Assembly (NCBI GenBank): GCA_963749495.1
Contig: CAVVMW010000006.1
Location: 576,001 to 640,000 of the forward strand
DNA: 64,000 nucleotides
Direction of reading: 5' to 3'
From: an uncultured bacterium
GTDB lineage: Bacteria; Verrucomicrobiota; Verrucomicrobiia; Limisphaerales; UBA8199
Shown: positions 60,001 through 64,000 of the stretch, one piece after another
Position numbering within the stretch: position 1 is the stretch's first letter
How the letters are laid out: every line of letters starts with the position of its first letter
The notes under the pieces: generated by a model
Told to the model about the DNA's origin: nothing
Databases searched by the model: none
Seen by the model: the letters and a program-made list of their open reading frames with translations, nothing else
Translations under genes and position numbers: made by a program

Positions 60001-63000
60001 CACCTCGCTCTCCGCCGCCTTCAACGGTCTGAGCGGCGCCGCCGTCAACGGCACCTGGTCGCTCTATGTTTATGATGACAGCTCTAGCGGCAAAGGCGCG
60101 CTGCTCAATGGCTGGCAATTGAGCATCATCACCCTGCCCAACGTGCAGCCCATTGGCAACACCAACATGCTGGAGAATAGCGGGACCACCACGATCCCCG
60201 TGCTGGTGGGTGACCTGGAGGCCGGCGTCGGCATCACCGTCAACACGATCGTAACGCCGGTGGGCCAGACCGTGGGTCCCGTCATCACGGCCACCCCCAA
60301 CGAGGACAGCAGCGGAAACTGGACGCTGGCTCTCAAAACGCTTCCGTTCGTGACCGGCACGAACCAAGTCGAGGTATCGGCTCATTTGGGCAACTTCACT
60401 TCCCCTTCCCAATTCTTCTTCGTTACGAACGTGCCCACGGTTTTGCAACCGGTCATTATTGAAGGGGCCATCTCGCCGATCACCCTTAACCGCGCCTCCC
60501 TGGGGACCACCACCTTCCATGTCTGGGATCCTCAAAACACGGCCGTGAGCGTCGCCGCCTCTTCGGGCGACGTCGTCCTTGGGGGTGGCGTCAGCTCCAG
60601 CATCGGGCCCTCGTCCGGGACCACCAATTTCGTCGGCGGCGGCACCTATCCTTACTACCCGGTTACGATCACCGTTCTGCCGGCCAGCGACCTCTACGGC
60701 CCTGCCACGGTGAGCGTGACCGTGTCGGATGCCGCGACACCCGCCCAGAAGACCTCCACCTCATTCGCCGTCACGGTGAACAAGGGCGGCCCGTTGTTTG
60801 CCAATCTGGACACCTCGCCGCTCAGCCCGATTCTCATTCCGATGGGCTTCCCGTTGTCGAGCAATGCCTATACCACCAACTTTTCTGGCGCCATCATTGG
60901 GGGGTTCCCCTCGACCATCACCGTTGCCGGCCTCCAAGGCGGCTACATCAGCGGCCTGGAGGTAACCTTGGTGGGCCTGCGGCACCCGTCCCCCGGGGAC
61001 CTGGACGTGCTGCTGGTGGCCCCCGACAACAAGACCGCCGCGGTGCTGATGGCCCACGTGGGCGACGGCACTCCCACTCCCGCCGGCGGTGTCCGCCTGA
61101 CCTTTGACCAGGTCAACGGCGCCACGCTTGTCCCGGGCAATCCCCTCGTCAACGGAACGTACCTGCCCTTGAAGAATAACGCCTCCGGCCTCCAGTTCTC
61201 GCTCCCCAAGGGGTTCAACGTTGCCACGCCCTACGGCTCGGACCTCAGCGTGTTCACTGGTCTGAGCGGCGCTAATCTCAACGGCACCTGGTCGCTCTTT
61301 GTCATGGCCGATAACCTGGGCGCCTTCAACCCAAACGGCTCCATCAATAATTGGCTCCTGTCCATCCAGACCAGCCCGGGTGCGGCGCCCATTGGCCCAC
61401 AGACCACGTTCGAAAACGTTCCCCTGGTCCTCACTATCCCCATCCTCAGCGACATGACTAACGATCTCTCGTCATTCTCGCTCTCGGGCACCAGCGCGAA
61501 CGATGAGCATAATTATAACACCAACTTTTTTAACGGCAGCTATGCGAACAGCTTTAATGTGCGCGTGGTCCAGAGCGCCAGCACCACGACCCTCAGCCAC
61601 ACGAATCTCACCAACGGCATTTGGCAACTGACAGTGACACCAACGCCCAATTTCCCGTCCTTTGAGGTCGCCGCAAACCCCAACGCCTTCCCCACCAATG
61701 TAAATGTCACCGTCGATATCAACCTGACGGCAACGGACGGCAATTCGCCTTACCCGATATCGTTCCCGTTGACGGTTCTGTGGTCGAACATCCCGCCGGT
61801 GATCACTACGACAACCCCGGCAGTGGAGGTCTCCGAGGGAACACTTACCACGCTCTTCCATTTCTTCTTCCATGATCCCGACTCGCAGCTCCATAAGAGC
61901 GGCGTGTCAGTGTCCGCCCGCCCGTATGACGCCAATCCGGTCAACGCGCTCTTTATCACCAACCTCAGCAACAGCAGCATTGCCGATGACATCTCCCAGG
62001 GAACCTCCGATACTCAAGTAGATACTACCGTTGGGCTGACCGTTGCCCATGGCACCAATCTCATCAACTTCTCTGTCACCGACGGCAACACCCTGACGAC
62101 GCTCACGGTGACGCAGATACTCGATCACGTGTACCAGGCCCCGCTCATCACCGGCCTGAAGTCGGGCTATACCTTCCTCAACGGGGGGCCGACCCTGCCA
62201 ATCACCTTCACGGTCAGCAGCATCGAGGGCGTGGACCCCTCTGCTATCACGGTGACGGCCACCTCCGACGCCCAGAGCGTGGTGCCCGATGCCAACATCA
62301 GCGTGTCGTCCCCCGGCAAGGACGGCACCACGACCATCGTGTTGACCCCGCTTGGCTCGGCCGTCGGCACGGCGAATATCACCGTCACGGCCGCCGACCC
62401 GACGAAGGCCTCCAGCCAGACCAGGTTCGCCGTGCTCTTCCTGGCGCACCCCGGCTTGGTGGGAACCGGCCCGATCAACATCACGCCCAACGGTGTGACG
62501 GCCATCCCGCTCCAGACCGCGAACCTGGTCGGCAATGTCTATAATGTGCAGTTGGAATTCAAGGAATTCGGCGCCTCCAATCCGAACGATGTGGACATTC
62601 TGCTGGAGAGCCCGGACGGGACGGAGGTAATGGTCATGTCCGGCGCCGGCGGCACCGCTGCCGTTACCAATCTCGACCTGCTCTTTGACCCCACGACCAT
62701 CAAGGCGCAGCAGATCCCGCCCGCGGGACCGCTGCAGGGCGGCACCCCGTACCTGGCCAGCTACTATAGCGGGACCAGCCGTCTGCCGCTGCCCGCGCCA
62801 TTTCCGGCCCAGCCGGCCGGTGGCTATCAGGCCACCTTGAGGGCCTTCCAGGACCAGGCCACGGCCAACGGAACCTGGACCCTCTACATCAATGACGCGA
62901 AAACTGGCGAATTCGAGGCCATTTCAGGCGGCGTTTTCCTCAACGTCATCACCCGCCCGGTGCTCAGGTTCAATCCGGCCCCCGTGGTCATGGGCGAAAA

Positions 63001-64000
63001 CGCTCCCTTCACGGTGAACTACACTGTGGCCGACGCGGTCTACTCGGGCACTTTTGCCACCAACCTGACGGTCGCGGTGCTCACGTCCGACAACAAAGGC
63101 GTCATGGACGTTTCGGGTGTCTCGATTACCCAGCCCGACCAGAACGGCAATGGCACGGTCACACTGACGCCCGTGTACCTGGCTAGCGGCACTGCGCACC
63201 TGGTGTTCACCGTGACGCGGCCCAGCGACCTTGTTAGCCAGCAGGTGACGCTGACCACTACAGTCACGACGCAGAACTTCCCGCCCATCATCTATCGCTT
63301 GGTGCCAAGGAACACTGGGGCGACACAACCGATCAATGTCCCAATCGTGATATTGGACCTCGAGGGCCTGGGGAACCTGACTCTGACCGCGGCGGTCGAG
63401 GTGGCCAGCGCGCCCCTCCTTTCCAGCATTTACTTCCTGGACACCGGCACCAACACCATCACGGGCCTGACTCAAATCAACCCCGGGCAGCAGCCCCCGC
63501 TGGGATCTCCCACGCTGCACATCGTGCCCGCCCCATTTGCCCACGGCACGGCTTTGATCGACCTCACGGTGACCGACCCGATGCCGGGGGTGTCCACCAA
63601 CGTCGTGACCGCTACCCTACAGGTGGGTGTCGGGCAGGTCTTTGTGCCGCCGGTTGTCACCAACCTGTTCGACCTAACCCATCAATCCGTCACGGCCGGC
63701 AGCAGCACCGTGCTCTCGTTCGCCGTCAGTACCCTCCAACCCGAATGAGAGCCCGACTAACCTGACGCTCAAGGCAACCTCGAAGTCGGACACCCTGGTG
63801 TCAAACGTCAACATCGTCGCGACTGCGCCCAGCACCAACCCCGTTGCCGGGGCGGGCACCTGGACGGTCACGCTGCCCGCCAATCGCGGGACCCTCGGCA
63901 TCGACCCGATCACGGTCACGGCCACCGATGTGACCGAAGGTCTCCAGAGTGCCCCGGTCACCTTCAACCTGACTGTGAGTCCGACTCCGGAGCACAGCTA
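57071..64000 (+). CDS. Giant secreted Thr/Asn-rich surface protein with repeated proprotein-convertase P-like and cadherin/Ig-like domains; frameshift near 63735, runs off the window
   Basis: Signal peptide; repeated H..D..LLLV.PDG..NG.W.L...D..G....W.. modules; an open alternative frame continues to 64000. Confidence 0.8.

Noticed and set aside
1583..63748. Programmed frameshifting or mass pseudogenisation (breaks near 2040, 15335, 22325, 29747, 31000, 32285, 33135, 63735)
   Set aside because: These are isolated single-base breaks in otherwise intact genes, some at homopolymers and with no shared slippery motif. Sequencing indels are more likely, though reads are needed to confirm.

Overview
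This is a high-GC bacterial window. Gene families and repeat style suggest Verrucomicrobiota (Pedosphaerales/Limisphaerales-like), which is an inference. About ten scattered single-base frameshifts suggest an unpolished long-read assembly. No rRNA, tRNA or CRISPR array was seen. Gene content in order: a heavy-metal-type two-component pair, an MntR/DtxR regulator, a phage-fibre-like secreted protein, a five-gene cluster around a DYSC/HNxxT P1B-type ATPase resembling a ferrosome (fez) cluster, a serpin, hicAB bracketed by GGGGTC..GACCCC palindromes, blaI plus blaR1 cut by an IS1634 element, a sulfatase, two DUF4058 paralogues, a GH78 rhamnosidase, an AT-rich three-gene cassette of unknown function, mug, a small TA-like pair, two secreted proteins, a four-helix-bundle gene inside heptamer arrays, purSQL, an N6-methyltransferase plus PD-(D/E)xK partner between split Y1/RAYT transposase fragments, an lpoB/ycfL lipoprotein operon, a CotH/LTD protein, and a short AraC regulator with phased operator arrays upstream of a giant P-domain surface protein. 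The most striking non-genic signals are (i) a 174-bp nested palindromic element inserted in frame into purL and another gene, whose outer shell also carries a different REP cargo elsewhere, (ii) stop-codon-containing heptamer arrays that terminate several genes, and (iii) many apparent leaderless promoters.
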